Source: Saccostrea cucullata
Lineage: Eukaryota
Direction: 5' to 3'
Assembly: GCF_032062105.1 (NCBI RefSeq)
Contig: NW_026936725.1
Location: forward strand, 310,001-374,000
DNA: 64,000 bases
The notes under the pieces are model-generated. The model worked only from the letters and a program-made list of their open reading frames with translations. It had not been told where the DNA came from and did not search any database. A program made the translations under genes and the position numbers. Positions 62,389-64,000 of this stretch are shown here, piece by piece. Within the stretch, counting starts at the first letter, position 1. Each line of letters opens with the position of its first letter.

Positions 62389-63795
62389 ATGCCATATCAA
62401 GACAAACAAGGAAGAACCTGTGGATTTCTGAACATCCTTGAGAAGGAATCCTCCACCAACTCAAAGCGACGATATTTCATACTCGACCCCTGTGAGGAGA
62501 CGCTTAAGTTCTACATTGATAACCCTAATGTATGAAGACACCCCCTCTTGATCCCTTTTCAAACTGAAATAAAAATGTCATTGACATTTTTTTTAAAATT
62601 TTCGACATTATCGTATTGATACAGATTGATGCATAATTGAAAACTTCATATACTGTTTTATTTTTTGCAGAACTTGCCCTCAAATCAACAGAATCCTTGC
62701 GATGAAATCAGAACAGCCGTTATTTCAAAGGTAAATATATACTCAACAAAAAAAGTTAAGGGTTATGAAAACCTTCATTTATAATTTCTACAACGAAAAA
62801 GTATATTTAATCAAAATAAATTACATAATTTCCTCCGTAAAGTTATTACACATTTGATAAAAAACTATTAAGGGTAAATGTTCACTTGAACAGAAGAACA
62901 AGATTAACGATTATGGCTACCCTCCAATTCAGAGTGAATTTCCATATACAGTAATTGCATAATTTGTTTAATTCAAAATTGAAAATCATCCAACAACTCT
63001 CAATACATGATGTGGCCTCCCCTTGCCTGAATAACAACTCTGCATCACATGGGGAAACTTGAATGAGTGAATGGATGGTCCTTTGCAGTATCCAATCCCA
63101 TTGCCTTAACAGAGCAACTTCAAGTTCATTGGTGTTGCTTGGAGCAGGATCCCGCTGCTGAATTTGTCTCTGAAGAACATCCCAGACATGTTCAATAGGA
63201 TTGAGGTTTGGTGACTTCGAAGGTCACTCCATTCTCTCAATAGTCTCTGCCTCAGGGTACTGGTTCACTATGTTTGCTCAGTGGGGCCTGGCATTATCAT
63301 CCGTTCAAATGAATTCTGTTCCTTTTGCCCCGGCAAATGTTCTCACAATTGGTTGTAGGCTCTCTTCTCTGTATCTGATACCGGTCAGTGCTCCATTTCT
63401 GATGATGTACAACTCTGTGGACCCCTGAATGGAAATGCCTTCCCATACCATAACATAATCTCCACCAAAGCAATCATGTTGAGCCACGCAGCAACCACTA
63501 AAACGCTTATTCTTCTGTCCCTACACTCGTCACCTTCCATCCTTAAAATCCACACAAAATTTGGATTAATCACATCAATTTATAATAAATTTCAGAATTG
63601 AAATTTCCTTAACTTAACTACAGTATATTATACATAACCCTTAACTTTTTTGTTGAGTATATTTTGTAAAACAGATTTGGATGCACAATTAAGCTGATCA
63701 AAGTGTACAATGAATTATTATTTTTCGACATTATCCCTCTGTTTAGGTTAGTGAAGTCTCAAAGAAACAGAAGCCAAAGCTGAATTCCTGCTTTG
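62389..63795 (+). CDS. PLEKHA1: pleckstrin homology domain-containing family A member 1/2 (TAPP), 5' partial; continues beyond window
   Basis: Exons 62389-62529, 62671-62730, 63747-63795: MPYQDKQGRTCGFLNILEKESSTNSKRRYFILDPCEETLKFYIDNPN/NLPSNQQNPCDEIRTAVISK/VSEVSKKQKPKLNSCF, matching the TAPP1/2 N-terminal PH domain (MPYVDRQNRICGFL..RRYFILD..DNPQNLP..ISKVS..CF). Likely co-orthologue of vertebrate PLEKHA1 and PLEKHA2. Confidence 0.9.
62740..63659 (-). mobile_element. internally deleted Tc1-family (DD34E) transposon
   Basis: TIRs TACTCAACAAAAAA(A)GTTAAGGGTTATG with TA TSD; minus-strand remnant FGGDYVMVWEGIS...DDNARPH*...P SKSPNLNPIEHVW with 34 residues between D and E and three in-frame stops. 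Confidence 0.93.
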
Positions 63796-64000
63796 GTGAG
63801 TATTTAAAAAAGTATGACCTTGACATTTGTCTTAATTTTTTTTCTAAAAGCTAAATTGACTTTGTCTCCATTGAAAAATTTATTAATCATTGTGTTGGCT
63901 CAATGTAATGAACAGATTTACACAATTTAACATCATTTATACTTGTATACATGTACCTTTCTGTTTTCATTTTTATTCTTGAAAAGTTTATAAGACTCTG

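Overview
AT-rich, intron-containing animal DNA. The repeat complement (Helentron/HINE-type elements with satellite cores, Penelope-like and SINE fragments, many MITEs) suggests a bivalve such as an oyster; this is inference. Manual splicing supports six protein-coding genes, which the ORF track recovers only in fragments or not at all. (1) A 4-exon, 99-aa single-pass Cys-rich membrane micro-protein (+, 1770-4372). (2-4) Three intact tandem 8-exon aldo-keto reductases of the YajO/aryl-alcohol-dehydrogenase-like type (-, 9700-15538, 16321-24369, 26175-30516), whose differences cluster around the active site. (5) A 168-aa secreted protein with two Argos/giant-lens (scoloptoxin-11)-like Cys domains (+, 40348-49232), probably with introns in its 3' UTR. 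(6) The 5' part of a PLEKHA1/2 (TAPP) gene (+, ATG 62389, runs off the window). The most unusual pattern is short tandem duplications that copy exon-intron junctions themselves, giving arrays of decoy splice acceptors and donors in genes 1 and 5. Also present: a MITE inserted in inverted orientation into a related MITE (9-bp TSD), a Tc1 remnant 9 nt from a splice donor, and an apparent compensating frameshift in PLEKHA. No rRNA, functional tRNA or CRISPR array was seen.
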